A DNA stretch of 64,000 nucleotides from positions 429,481 through 493,480 of the forward strand of contig MU057403.1 in the NCBI GenBank assembly GCA_013265495.1. Direction: 5' to 3'. Shown here one piece after another: positions 1 through 12,939 of this stretch. The notes under the pieces were generated by a model. It was given only the letters and a program-made list of their open reading frames with translations. It made no database searches and was not told where the DNA came from. Positions within the stretch are counted from its first letter, which is position 1. Every line of letters starts with the position of its first letter. The stretch comes from Vicugna vicugna. Taxonomy: Eukaryota. A program made the position numbers and the translations under genes.

Positions 1-46
1 TATGATATGATATGATATATGATGTGATACGATACACGATATGATA
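1..46. repeat. (ATATG)n-type degenerate pentanucleotide microsatellite, truncated by window edge
   Basis: tatgatatgatatgatatatgatgtgatacgatac... read directly. Confidence 0.85.
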
Positions 47-2538
47 GAAGTATTATCTCAGGAAGATGTAGAAAGACCGCACTGCATAAGCACCCAAAAC
101 AGCTTCTGTGGCCTCAGGAAGTGGGTGCTTCCTGTGTGGGAGCAGCCACCTGATTTTCTGGTTGAGGCAGGCTCTCCACTCCCAGGGAAATAAAGGTAGA
201 CAGTGGGAGGAAGTTCAAAGCCACTCTAATTTTTTTTCCTCCCTAGACTTGCTCTGTTTCTGGGGTGAAAATTTACATCAGCTGCTGGTAATTTCTCCAT
301 GCGAGGCACTATTGCTGATAATACTTCTTCCCCTAAACCTGACCCATTTTTGAAGCAGCAATCTGTTGCCATCAAAATGTGTGGTTGTCATTTTGTGTAG
401 TCTTATGTACTTTCGTAAGAAAGTAAATAGTCTGGAAGAAGGGGAATCAGGCACTGTTTACTCTCTACTGTCTTACAGTGTAAGTTGTAATATTGTTTTA
501 TTGGGCATTTTCCTGTTGCCTATGTTCATCCTGGGATCATAACTGTGAGCTTCAGAAAATTCAAGATGAGTGCGAACTAGAGCTTGTGCAAAGAGCCATA
601 GAGCTAAACATAACTCTCACCCCTTTTCTCTGCACCCCACCCTCCAAGTAGATGAAGGCTATTAAATTTTACTTTTGAGAACAATAGAACACACTTTTAT
701 GTCTTTCCTTCTTTGCTTCTAGAAGTAGTGATACTCTAAGTGCCTTGATTTTAAAAATTCAGTACGTTTTAAAGTTGCCTTGAGTCTGGTTGCTGAATTA
801 ATTTAAAATGAAGCTTTAAATCTTGCATTCTGCCTCTTTTCCGACTTCCTAATCCTACGTCTTAATTGCAGCTCTTCTTTGAAGGGTTTACAGGGAGCTC
901 TCCTCCATTTCTGCTCTGGGTTGCTTGCCTCTCTCCTGGTGTCCCTTGTTTGAAAATGGGTTTATGGTGCCTTCCAGATTGGCACTTTTCAGTCCCTTCA
1001 TTCCCTGCTGCCTGTGTTACATCTTTGGCTGCTGCTCTGGTCTGATGTAAGCTGCAAGGTACAATTGTCCAGGGTAGGCGACCCAGAGAGAAGGCTTCAG
1101 AACTCAGGCTGTAGCCCCTGATAAGCTTCTTCGGGCACATTGACATGTGGACGGAAAAGCCAGGATGAGCTCGAAGGACATGAAGAAATGTCCTGCTATT
1201 TTCTTTGCTTTGGGATACGTGGATGGGAGGTCAGGAATCTAGGGAGAAATGGTGTCTGATTGGTCCAGCCTTCACTTCGGAGGTGGTTGAAGGTGGAATT
1301 TAATTTTCCATTATGCTCATATCACTCCACTGCCTCCGTGACAGGGCCTCTGTTCACAAAGAGGCTGGGTGTTTCTTTTTGTGGCTTCGCAGATAATACT
1401 GTTCACACCCGTATGTTAAAGTGAAGATGGTTCCATCACAACATAAATCAGGGTTGCCTTAGTGTTGTCTGGCCTTGTGTATTAATTCCCTGTGCCCTTA
1501 ATAGACATTTCCCTTGAACCAACAGGCATTATGATGAAACAACAGAAAAATATTAAACAGCCTGACTGCCTAGGGGAGGAATAAAGATTTTTTTTCCCCA
1601 GGAGTTACAGAGACGCGCAAACACTTTGAAGGATTATGTGCTAACAGGGGAAAATAGTAGGAGGTGAGGCTGGGACACAGCAGAAGGGCTATGAAGAGAA
1701 GAAAAGAAATTTATCTCCTCATCTGCCAGGGGAAGTCAGTCTTTTAGAGCCACTGATATAAGCTGCTTTGTGGTTTCAGGGTGCAAAGGTTCTGCAACCT
1801 CTCATTTGGAAACCGAAAAAGAGGCTCTTTTAAAGAGCTATTGATGCTCTGAGTAAACTTGAGCAAAGTGTTCTTGTGTCCTGATGTCTTGTTTTATAGC
1901 TTCTTTTGCCATTAAGAAGATGAATATGGCTGTGGTATACTTATCTGCATACATTTAAGGAGTTAGCTTATCCAGAGCAGTTAAATCTATCTTGTCTATA
2001 CTTTCAGATTTAAAAAAAATTATTTTGTTTCATGAAGTACTAAGAATATTTTGTACATGTTGTAGATAGTCAGTTAGAGATTTCTTGGGAAGATTCATAC
2101 CCATGGTCATAATTATTTCTAAAGAGAATTTTATAGGGCATCACCTGTGCTTTTGAAATTATTGTAAAATAATTTTCATTGTCTTGTTAGTTATTGTTCT
2201 TAGTTGTTGTAAAACACACTGGATTCACTAACATATAATTTTTGAACGGTCGTATTCCAAAAACCCGAAGTTGTAGGTTGTAAAGACCATTAATTTTGAA
2301 AATGATTAAAATCTCTCACTGGTTGCTGGAATCTTAGTTGGATGCAAGTGGTACCTTCTGTCACATGCTGTCTCTGAATATATTCAATATTCTATATATT
2401 CTTTTTGAGATTATACCTTATTATTTCCTTACTCTATGGGATATAGTATGTTATCCCTAAACTTTACGTCTGGAATGTATCTTTTACTGCTGCAGTATAT
2501 ATATTTATGACATACATGCTAGTTTGTTACTTCAGGGG

Positions 2539-4121
2539 AACACCCTTTTTTTACATATTTGTATTTGTGGACATACCTTTACTATTTGTGCATTAAGTTA
2601 GTGGGAAGGTTTTTGTGGTTTTGGTTTGAGAGTTTATCCAACACTCCCCATTTATTTCAGGGATACCAAAATATTCATGTTTTCATGTCCAGGGAATATT
2701 ATTCATACAATTGATTATAGTTCGATGAGGTCTGTACCTTGTCTGTTTCTTTCACCAGTTCTCTGGAACCCCCAGTGTGTTAGGATTTCAGTCCTGCTGT
2801 CTTGTCTCAATAATGGTACCAGGTTTTTGAAGGTACATTTTACCATGTTGCATTGCCAGAGAGATGCAGAGCGAGTTTCACATGGTAAAAATACCAATGA
2901 TAACAAAACCTGATTTAGAGTTGTGTGCTTTTGTGTGGGATTATAAAATAAAATTTAATAATTGGAGGAGGATGGATTAAACCTGGAGGGTTGAAGTCGC
3001 CTATCTGTAATCATTTCTTAAAGGGTGAACATACATTAAGAAATAATTTGGATAAACAGACAGGAAGTCTTATGATACGTGTACTTAGGAGATTTTTTTC
3101 TAATAAAACATTTAGAGATTAGTGAGCACTTATCTCTGCCGTCCATCATAGAACTTGTACTTCTGTGGGGTTCTGAGAACTCTTTGTAAAGCCACAGAGC
3201 ACTGGAAACTTTTTACAGAAATGTAACTTGATAAATAACAATTTAAAAACACATGTCCAAAGCAAAGATTTCGTGTTACTCCCATTTATGCTGGCCTTCT
3301 GCAGGAAGATCCTTTTAAATCAAGATTCAAAAACACCCTTTTTTTTACATATTTTTATTTGTGGACATACCTTTACTGTTTGTGCATTAAGTTAGTGGGA
3401 AGGCTTTCGTGGTTTTGGTTTGAGAGTTTATCCAACACTCCCCATTTCAGGGATACCAAAATATTCATGTTTTCATGTCCAGGGAATATTATTCATACAA
3501 TTGATTATAGTTCGATGAGGTCTGTACCTTGTCTGTTTCTTTCACCAGTTCTCTGGAACCCCCAGTGTGTTAGGATTTCAGTCCTGCTGTCTTGTCTCAA
3601 TAATGGTACCAGGTTTTTGAAGGTACATTTTACCATGTTGCATTGCCAGAGAGATGCAGAGCGAGTTTCACATGGTAAAAATACCAATGATAACAAAACC
3701 TGATTTAGAGTTGTGTGCTTTTGTGTGGGATTATAAAATAAAATTTAATAATTGGAAGAGGATGGATTAAACCTGGAGGGTTGAAGTCGCCTATCTGTAA
3801 TCATTTCTTAAAGGGTGAACATACATTGAGAAATAATTTGAATAAACAGACAGGAAGTCTTATGATACGTGTACTTAGGAGATTTTTTTCTAATAAAACA
3901 TTTAGAGATTAGTGAGCACTTATCTCTGCCGTCCATCATAGAACTTGTACTTCTGTGGGGTTCTGAGAACTCTTTGTAAAGCCACAGAGCACTGGAAACT
4001 TTTTACAGAAATGTAACTTTTGATAAATAACAATTTAAAAACACATGTCCAAAGCAAAGATTTTGTGTTACTCCTATTTATGCTGGCCTTCTGCAGGAAG
4101 ATCCTTTTAAATCAAGATTCA
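2539..4121. repeat. Direct tandem duplication: copy 1 at 2539-3329, copy 2 at 3332-4121 (~790 bp each)
   Basis: Both copies start aacaccctttt... and end ...ccttttaaatcaagattca. By eye about 9 substitutions and 3 small indels. Explains the duplicated ORFs 2715-2906 and 3505-3696. Confidence 0.98.
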
Positions 4122-4539
4122 TATTCTAAGCTAGGAGGTCTCCACATAAAAATTGATTTATAGTATATTAACTGCTCATGTATATAGGCTGGTTTCTTAG
4201 AAAAAGATCTATCTGAAAAAATCTAGATTTTACAAAATTTTGAATGCTGTAAGATTTCCTCCATTTTTCTCAAGAGTGGTGAGAATAAGACATGTATCAT
4301 TTTTAAAAGATTGTTTTATGTCATCTTCACTATAAAAACAATAAAAATCAGAACAGGTCTGATGTCTGGGATAGTTTTAAATGTGGAACTTTTGGTAAGT
4401 TTTTTTGATAAACATAATTTATAAATGTATGAATTTTATTTGGTGTAAAAATTCTTTGAAATGAAACTTATTTAAGTTAATTAACACATTTAGAGGTGGG
4501 ACTTCTAGATGGTGGAGTGAGGGTGGTCTCTCCATGCCA

Positions 4540-5045
4540 TTGGGTGGCTACATGCAAAAAGATGAATTTAGACTCTTACCTCACATGATACACACAAAAA
4601 ATAACTCAACATGGATCATAGACTTAGGAGCTAAAACCATAAACCTTCTAGAAGCAAACAGAACATTTTCATGACCTTGGATCAGGTAAAGAGTTCTTAG
4701 ATACAACACCAACAGAGGGAAAAAAAATGGATAAATTATATTTTTAAAAAGTTAAAAGCTTTTGTACTTCTACCTACACTGCTAAGGATATGAAAAAATA
4801 AGCCACAGATTAGGGGAAAATATATGTAAATCATATATCCAATGAAAGATTTGTATGCAGAATATATGAAGAGCTCTTTCAATTCAATAGCAAGAAGACA
4901 ACTCAGTTTAGAAATGGGCAGAAGATTTGAATAGACATTTCATCAAAGAAGGTATACAGATGATATAAATGTCCAGTTAGTCATTAAGGAAATACAGATC
5001 AAAAGCTAAATGAGATCTCTACTTCACACCTTTCACAATGGCTTT
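4540..5045 (+). mobile_element. Old L1 (L1M-type) ORF2 3' region, 5' part of a split element
   Basis: L1 ORF2 motifs: catgcaaaaagatgaatttagactcttacctcaca, aaataactcaacatggatcatagactta, aaatgggcagaagatttgaatagacatttc, aatgagatctctacttcacacc. Confidence 0.9.
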
Positions 5046-5056
5046 TCTAGTAATTC

Positions 5057-7300
5057 TGCCATGACGTGGGGCAGCTCCCTCTGGAGACTGGATTCTACTA
5101 CTGAAGTTCATGACATTAGTGCTTGGTGTAATCAAAGAAAGGTTTATTACGCAGACTGGGAAGTCCTGAGGTGGGAGGAGGGGAGGATGCTCTCCAGGAA
5201 AAGGTCTGGAACAGAGAGAGAGGTGGTATGTGCACAGGGGTTTTGTAGATTCCTTAGGAGTCCACGGGTGACACTAAGACCTTGAGGCAACTTACATTTG
5301 AGGAATTATCACAAGAGTGACTAAAAATCAGTATCTCTTTGGCTTCAGGGGACAGAGAGTAATTTCTTTTTTTTTTTCTTATTATGAAAGCCATGAACTT
5401 TGCCATCTGGAATCCTGTAGCCATCCCTCTTCCAAACTGTCATAAACAGTGGGGCCAGAGCTGACATCCTATTGAAGAATGTTGATGCTGGGGACTAATT
5501 TAAGATCTTCCTTTTCCTCGTGGAAAGATGCACACGAGGACTGACTGTTATACAGCTGAGAATACCTAAACGTAGGTCAGTTATACAGAAGATTGTGATG
5601 GGACCCACAGTTACATTTAAAAGAAGGCATGAAGACTTCTTTTTCCTACAAAGAGGGACCTCTAGTTAACCAACCTTTAAAAATTGTCATATTAGGGGTG
5701 GGAGAGGACAGCAGGCTTAGGCAGACAGCTTTCTTAGAAATAGAATAGCCTGTTTAGGGGGGTGGGTCCCTCATTTCCAGTGGGTCACATCATTTTATCT
5801 ACCCCAATCTGGGCTCCAGGTTTCAGAAGGGATGGCAGAATGGGGAGTTAACTGGAAAGGGGAATTCTATTGGGGTTTTATAAATGCAGGCATGAATTCC
5901 CTATTATATCTGGACTGAGAAGAGGGACCCCAGAGAGGATTCAGGAGACCTTCCAACTGGCCTCCGGGGCCAGGTGAGGGGCCACCTTTCTTGAACAAGG
6001 ACACTACAGAAAGCATGAGAATGAGTGGGTAGGGTTTTTGCAGTAAAGAAACCACCAGGTGCCACTGGTGGCATTGTTATCTGGCTGGCTTTTTGAGTGG
6101 CCTCAAGGTCCTGCTGTTGGGGTGACCTCCATTCTGATTGAGCTGATTTTCTTGTGAATGCCTTAATAGATCTTAATGAAATGTGTAGATGGGAGATACG
6201 CTTTTCTAGAAGCCAAAGAAGTGAGTAGATGTTGGGCTTGTTGGAGAGGGCGGGAAGTAGGGTAATTGATGGGAGATGGTTGGAGCAGCCTTCTGGAGAC
6301 CAAATGATGCTCCCAGATTAAACTGAGGTGGTGGAGTCTTGGATCTTTTTGGGGTGACCCAACTCTGGTTAGTCAGCACCTGGACCACAGTTTGAATGTC
6401 CTGAGCAACAGCTTCATGAGTTTCTTCCCTCGGTACAACGTTGTCAGTGTAAGGTCGTAGCTGGGTGCTTGAGAACAAAGCAAACCCACGAAGGCTCTGT
6501 CTGCAAAAATAAATGGTGAGGATATTGATATACTCAATAGGTAACTTAATGAGGGTGTATTGGGACATCTCATAGGTGGATGCAAAGTGTGGTTATGGTG
6601 CTGGAGAAACAGGGACCGAATAAAATGTATTAGCTAGATCAGTAGCTCCAAGGATCTACATTGTGGAGTGTATCCCCTATCAACCCCCCACCCCCAATGA
6701 TATTTAGGTGGTATTTATAAGCTTTCTTGTCTAAAGAGTCTTCATCTCAATTGTCAGGATTTGAGTTTTCGCCCTTGGGCTTCTCTTTAGTAGCAGAATT
6801 TGTGAGGTTTCCTTTTCTAGGGTGGAATCAGGCTGTGACGTGTAGAAATGCTGGGGCATTCAGGAAGATGCATTATCTTTATTGATGACCTTTAAGAGTG
6901 CATTACGGTTTTTTTTTTTTTAGTTTAGCTTTTGTTTTTGGATCTTTAGGAGGCAAAAAGATAGAGCACTTAGTGCTGGTTAACATTTGCATTTTAGCTC
7001 CTGCGTGCCAGAGGTGAGTCCCTCTGAAGCCCTGGAGGTCGGGATCTTTAGCGCAGAAGCACAGGCAGGAGCAGCTGCAGATATATTTGATGCCGTCAGT
7101 GTTCTAATTAACCATTTCCCCTGGGGGATGGGCCTCAGCAGGCCACAGAGTGATCGCTCTGCGTCCCAATTCACCTCCCCCCCCCCCCCCCCTGGCCCCA
7201 CACTGGGGTGCTGGTGCTGGCGGAGTCAGCCGGTTACTGTGCTGGAGGCAACAGACGCTGGTGGGAGGTGAGACTTAGAAGCTGCTGGCACTAGATCAGC
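5057..7300 (-). mobile_element. Degenerate, internally deleted class III (ERVL-like) endogenous retrovirus: possible gag 5' remnant, RT, probable 3' LTR
   Basis: Minus-strand translation from ~6650 reads ATDLANTFYSVPVSPAP*PHFASTYEMSQYTLIKLPIEYIN...RPYTDNVV...VLTNQSWVT, then after frameshifts KKIQDSTTSV and RISHLHISLRSIKAFTRKSAQSEW. These are colinear with ERVL RT motifs DLANAFFSIPV, QYTFTVLPQGYIN, YIDD, KIQGPSTSV and TRKAASFEW. Minus-strand AATAAA near 5145 suggests an LTR at ~5057-5420 (less certain). Confidence 0.8.
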
Positions 7301-7833
7301 CATCAGTGGAAGTCTGAATGCTACTACTTTGGAAAAGGGTTTGACAGTTTCTTAGAAAGTTCAACAGAGATTTGTCGTATGATCCAGGAATTCGACTCCT
7401 GGGTATCTCCCCAAGATCAATAAAAACAGATGCCCACACAAATGTCTTGTATGTGAATGTTTAGAGCAACATTATTCGTAGGAGCCAGACAGTGGAAACA
7501 ATCCACACGCCCATCAACTGGTGAAAAGATAAAACACACGTGTATCTGTACACGAAATACTGTTCAGCAATAAAAAGGAATGAAATGCAAATACATGCTG
7601 CAGCATGAATGAACCTCAAAAGCATTACGCTAAGAGGAAGAAGCCAGACACAACCTACTGTATGAGACAGAGATCCAAGCAGATCAGTGGTTGCCTGGGA
7701 TGGGAAGTCAGGTAGAAATTAGGTACCTTTGCACCTAATCTTTCAGGGGGTGGTGGAGACATTCTAAAACTGGATTGTGGTGATGGTTATGTAAATCTAT
7801 AAATTACTAAATATCATTAAGTTGTGCCCTTCA
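7301..7833 (+). mobile_element. Old L1 (L1MB-like) ORF2 end and 3' UTR, continuation of 4540-5045
   Basis: actttggaaaagggtttgacagtttcttagaaag, tatgatccaggaattcgactcctgggtat, gcatgaatgaacctcaaaagcattacgctaag, ctggattgtggtgatggtt. Confidence 0.9.
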
Positions 7834-8089
7834 ACTTTCTATATTCAGGAAACTTTATGAGAAAATACATGTTTTCACCCGCGGTGTTGCACTCTGTGCA
7901 GAAGCTTTATAGTATTTGTGCTTCTGTGTGGGTGGGTTTTAAGCACAGGAAGCTTATGCATAGAAATAATGTTGTGCGGTTGGAACGGGCAGAGGATTGA
8001 AGTATTTCTAAAGACTGCCAACTTTAAAAAGTCTTTTTAGGTAATCTACATATCCACAACATGCTCAGCTGAGAGCGAGACAAATGTGC

Positions 8090-8260
8090 AGGGTTCCCCA
8101 TGGGTGGTGGCAGAGTAAGAGGAACAGACTGTTGGGTGTAAGACAGGTTCCAGGACGTATTATACAGCACGGAGAATAGAGCCAATATTTTGTAATAATT
8201 GTAAACGGAGTGTCACCTTTAAAATTGTATAAAAATGAAAAAATAAAATTAAAAAAAAAA
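8090..8260 (+). mobile_element. Short L1 3' end with A-rich tail
   Basis: gtattatacagcacggagaatagagccaatattttgtaataattgtaaacggag...aaataaaattaaaaaaaaaa resembles the 3' ends at 12940 and 61150. Confidence 0.75.
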
Positions 8261-8454
8261 CTCCAACCCCTCCACGAAGTTCGCCATGACCACTCAGATT
8301 TCCTGCATTTTTTCCTGTTTTCTACACAGTCTGAGTCAGGTTTGAAATGCAGTTGATTTAAGATAGAGAATAATCAGTCATCCGGATGTGAGTACCTATG
8401 AATCCCAGGGTATTGTATTAAGTTCAACAAAATCAAAGATTTTTTTTTAATAGA

Positions 8455-8660
8455 ACAGCAATTATTGAGCTGTTCCCAGGTGCTGGACTTAGCAGCCCTT
8501 ATTTGTATGACTTCATTTAATTCTCTCAGGGACACTCTTCTGTATGTTAAGACTATTAGTGTCCCCACTTTACAGATGGAGACACTGAGACCAGAGAGTT
8601 TAGTCACATGTCCCAGGCGCAGAGGGGCAGATGCCTGACTTGTGAGACTGTGCTCCAGAG
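8455..8660 (-). mobile_element. MIR SINE
   Basis: Reverse MIR core: cccactttacagatggagacactgagaccagagagtttagtcacatgtcccagg. Confidence 0.8.
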
Positions 8661-9779
8661 GTAGGTCGCACTGTGTTCCATGTTGAAGGCAGGGTGATCT
8701 TTCTGGACATTTAGGGTAGTGGCCATGAATGACTGAGAATTGTGGGGATGCAGGACCTCGAGGACATGTGAGGATGAGAGCCTGGGAGGCAGGGGACTGG
8801 CCCAGAGCGGACCACTGAATCCCTTCGGACCACAGAGGCAGACTTGATGAAGGAGGATGCGGAGTAGACCAAGTGTGGAGGGTGGGGTTTCCACAGCTGG
8901 AGTGGGGGCAGGGGTGGGCGCATCCCTGAGCTCAGGATGCTAAACCCAGGCTCCAGACCATTCTTGAAAAGAACCCCGCCCCTCTCCTGAGAGCTTCCTC
9001 TGTGTGGAGTCCTTACCATCTCGCTGGATGGGAGATTAGAGCTGCCCTGGTCTGTGTGGGTGGGCAGAAAGTCTATGCCCGGCTGGAGGGCTGAAGCTGC
9101 CGGCTGGTGCCCACCTTCAGAAAGCAGCCCTCTTAGCTCACAAGGAAAACCACACACCAGGCCAGAGAGAGTGCACGGAGCCCGGGTGATTTACTTTCCC
9201 CAGGTTGGAACTAACCAACGCAGGCAGCTTACTTACGCCCAGCTTTATTTAATGCCTCTGTGTGTGTGTGTCTGCCCTGCGGTCATAAACACAGGTTCTC
9301 CTTTCTCCCCATCCCATAGTTCATGTTTGTGCGGTGGTCCTCTGCATGGAGGAAGATCCAAAGAACACCCCCCTACACACAACCACCCTCACCATGAATT
9401 TTATTAAAAGCAAGTCTCCTAAGAATGAATTTGTATCCAAACGATTCTGTCCTGACTCACTCGAAAAAAGATGCATTTCTTTTGAAACTGTTCCTCCCAG
9501 CAGTGACTGATCCTGCACACAGTCAGAGGTTATTAAATGGCTTCATTCATCCATTCAGTAGATATTCATGCTACAGGAAACCTCTGCTCTTATCTCAGAC
9601 CTGGGTGCCGGGAGAGTGGATATGCAGGTGGTACCTAATTGGATGTGGGTAAAAACAGCCTTCTTTCCTTCGGGAGCAGTTGCTAAGATCAGCTCAGTGT
9701 TTGCAGCAAAACACATCAGTCGTCAAATTCCACTTGTTTTCTGAGGCCTCACTCTGGGGAGCCGGATCTGCGAACACCC

Positions 9780-10235
9780 TGAACAGGCACCGATCACTGT
9801 TCTCAAGGAATCCTTAGCCTAGTGGGAGTGGCAGGCACCCATGCTGACCGTCCAGTGTAAGTGCTATCATGGAAGTATGTCCAGGCTAGTGTGGCAGCCC
9901 AGGGGAGGTTAGACAGTGAAGATGCTGGCATTGAGCCTTGAGGCCGAAGTAGAAATTCCACGAGCAGGCCAAGAGGGAAGAAGACATTTGTGATACATGG
10001 AAGGCATGGGGATGTACAAACAAGATGTGTTTGTGAAGCTGAAACTCTTTCAGGGCCTCTGGACCCTGGGGCGTGAGCGGGGGATTGGTGGACAGGCGCT
10101 AGACGACAGAGGGATACTCTTAGTTAAATAACTCAGGTGTTATCTCCCAGGCTGGGGGGACCCACTGATGGGTTTTCAGGAGGGGCGATGTAATAAGCCT
10201 TGTAATTTGGAGAGCGGACTCAGGCTAGTGTAAGG
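9780..10235 (-). mobile_element. L2 LINE fragment
   Basis: ctgttctcaaggaatccttagcctagtggga, cccactgatgggttttcaggaggggcgatgtaataag match antisense L2 3' region. Confidence 0.65.
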
Positions 10236-10549
10236 CAGAGCTGACGTTCGGCCAGGATGGCCATACCTGTTATTCAAGAAGTAGGAGAGCCATGGCCCCT
10301 GCCTCCTGCCTTGTCTCCCAGGGACTACCTGTCCAGGTGGCGACCTGGTTGAGCAGGTATCTGCACTGTGGGTACCTTACCTGCCACCAGGGGCTCAGCA
10401 TTTGAGCTCTGGATGGTGTGTGTGTGTGTGTGTGTATACATATATACATGTGTGATGGATTATTTTGAGCCAAAAGAGATAAAAGTGCTAAAGAGGCAGG
10501 GGGAAGTCAGATGAACCTAAATTCTCATCTTTCATCAGCCCATCAATCT

Positions 10550-10693
10550 GAGGCAGCTCAGGCTGCCATACCAAAATATCATGGATCTGGGGCTTAAACA
10601 GCAGAAATTTATTTTTCAGTTTTGGAGGCTGGAAGTCCAAGATCAGAGGCCAGCATGGTCAGGTTCTGGTGAAGGCTTTCTTCCTGGCTTGCT
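10550..10693 (-). mobile_element. MLT1 (MaLR) LTR fragment
   Basis: ggcttaaacagcagaaatttatttttcagttttggaggctggaagtccaagatc...ttctggtgaaggc. Confidence 0.85.
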
Positions 10694-11239
10694 GGGAGAG
10701 ATGTATATATGTGGTTTAAACTAGTGTTCGTGCCTGGCATCTATTAAGTGCTATTTATATATACTTCATCTATCAATACTAAATGACATAATGAAAATTA
10801 GCAAGTCTCTGCCTCGTGTTCCCTACCTCGCCCTGTGGCAATAACTTCCAACACCATTAGCTATATTTCTTATATTTACCTCCGTATTTCTCTATAATGT
10901 GCCCCTACTTCTGCTTCTTGAGTTTTGAAATTTAATTAATGTATAAAGTTTATTTCATTTCATTTCATAATTGAATTTTTAAGTTTAGTTGTCGTTGAAG
11001 TCTATTTATGGCAGAAATAGATTTATTCCTCTTACTTTCCATCCTCCTCACCAAAAGACAGAAGGACACACACACACCTCACATCTCATTCCCCCGTTTC
11101 CCAGTACAGTTTAATCAATGTTTAAGTTAGTTCTGTATTTAGTTTATATTATCATGAGTTTGTAAATATTCTTTACAACTGAGCTTTATACTGGACTGTG
11201 ATTACATTTCCCTTTTATTCTCCTTGTGTGTGTTTTAAG

Positions 11240-11885
11240 TCTTTCTTTCTTTCTTTAGAGCAGTTTAGATTCATGGCAAAACTGAGAGGAAGATACGGAG
11301 ATTCCCATATGCCCCTTTCCCCTTGCACAGTACATGCACACACACACACGCGTGCGCACACACACACACGCAACCTCCCTCATTGTCAGCATTCCCCCCC
11401 AGGTGGTACATTTGTTACAATCGATGAACCCACATTGACATGTCATACTTAACTCAGAGTCCATAGTTCACATTAGGGTTCATGCTCGGTGTTGCACATT
11501 CTGTGGGTTTGGGCAAATGTATAATGAATGTGTCCATCATTATGGTCTCGTACAGTGTGTTTCCAGTGCCCTAAAAGTCGTTTGTGCTCTGCCTGTTCAT
11601 CCCTCCCTCCTCCCCAACCCCCCTCAACCACTGATCCTTTTACTGTCTGCATAGTTTTGCCTTTTCCAGAATGTCATAGAGTTGGAATCATACCATACAG
11701 CCTTTTCAGATTGTCTTCTTTCTCTTAGGAACATGCATTTAAGGCTCCTTCATGTCTTTTTGTGGCTTGATAGCTCATTTCTTTTTAGCACTGGGTAATA
11801 TTCCACTGTCAAATGTACCACAGTTTATTAATTCACTCCCTACTGAAGGCGATCATGGTCACTTTCAAATTTCAGCAATAATGGA
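11240..11885 (-). mobile_element. L1MC-type 3' end with internal (CA)n
   Basis: tttagagcagtttagattcatggcaaaactgagaggaagatacggagattcccatatgcccc; ggtacatttgttacaatcgatgaacccacattgaca; ttttgccttttccagaatgtcata. Confidence 0.9.
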
Positions 11886-12159
11886 AAAATCCACATTCTC
11901 CAAAGGAGCTGTAAAATCTCACCAAAGTAGCCCAATGATCAGATGATCTATCACTGCAGTTTGTTTTTGTAGAAAATACCCCTTTTGGAGCCGCCTGCTG
12001 TCATGCTCCGAACAAGACTGACCCCTCTCAGCCTGCTGCCTCGTTGCCATACTGGAATTTCATTTCAGCATCATTCTGAGAATTCTCTTGGTTGCTCCCT
12101 TAAACTAGGGTCCCTGTCTCCTGAATCTCAAACTTTTCTTTTGTAAATTCCCTCATTTT

Positions 12160-12390
12160 GATGGCTACCCCCTCCAGCAGCTTCCTCAGAAAGGGTTCAC
12201 GGAAGACAAATTCTTTGAGACTCTGCAAGTCAGAAAACGTTTTAATTCCGCCCACCATTTCGTGAAAGTTAATCTAAGACTAGAATTCTAGATTGGAAAT
12301 CACTTTCAGTCAGAATTTTAAAGGTTTTGCTCAGTTGTCTTCTAGTTTCCAGTGTTGTCCTTGGAAAATCTGTTGTCATTCTGACTGCCT
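12160..12390 (-). mobile_element. Ancient L1 (ORF1-region) fragment
   Basis: tagaattctagattggaaatcactttc...ttgtcttctagtttccagtgttgtccttggaaaatctg resembles antisense old L1/HAL1 ORF1. Confidence 0.6.
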
Positions 12391-12939
12391 TCACCCGGCC
12401 TCCGCTAGGCCGCGGTCATCTTTCTTCCCGGCTTTTTTCCTTAGGATTGATTTTAGAAGGATAATCCCTGTCAGCAGATATTAACAATTTTAAATCTTTG
12501 ATACATATTGATGTTTTGTCAATTCTAGAAAAATTGTGCCAACTTAGACTCCTACTCCTGTAAAAAATCTTGTTATAGCAGACCTTTCCTACATGAAGTA
12601 TTATGTTTTTATTTTTGTAAGTTTAATGGGTGAAAATGGTATCTTTGTTTTAACTTGAATTTCTTCAATTATTAATAGTTGAATATTAAAGTTGTGTCTT
12701 ATTTTTTGGTAAATGAAAGCTGTATCTTAAATCTTCACCCTTACAAACAAGTTAATGATGCCCTGTGATTTTTTTTTTGGTTATTGGTATTCAACAATTA
12801 TTAAAGCAAGGTTTTCTCTCTCTCTGTATGTATGTTTAATAAGTTGATGTAGAAATGTGGTTATTTCTATATCATAGAGGAAAGGTAGAGAACCTCTTTA
12901 TTATTATTTTTCTCAGATGTAGAATTTTTGTTAGTTTTT

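Noticed and set aside
2626..3703. Pair of near-identical 95/114-aa ORFs suggesting a duplicated small gene
   Set aside because: Non-ATG starts, no domain, and their N-termini differ through a 4-bp indel; a by-product of the tandem duplication.
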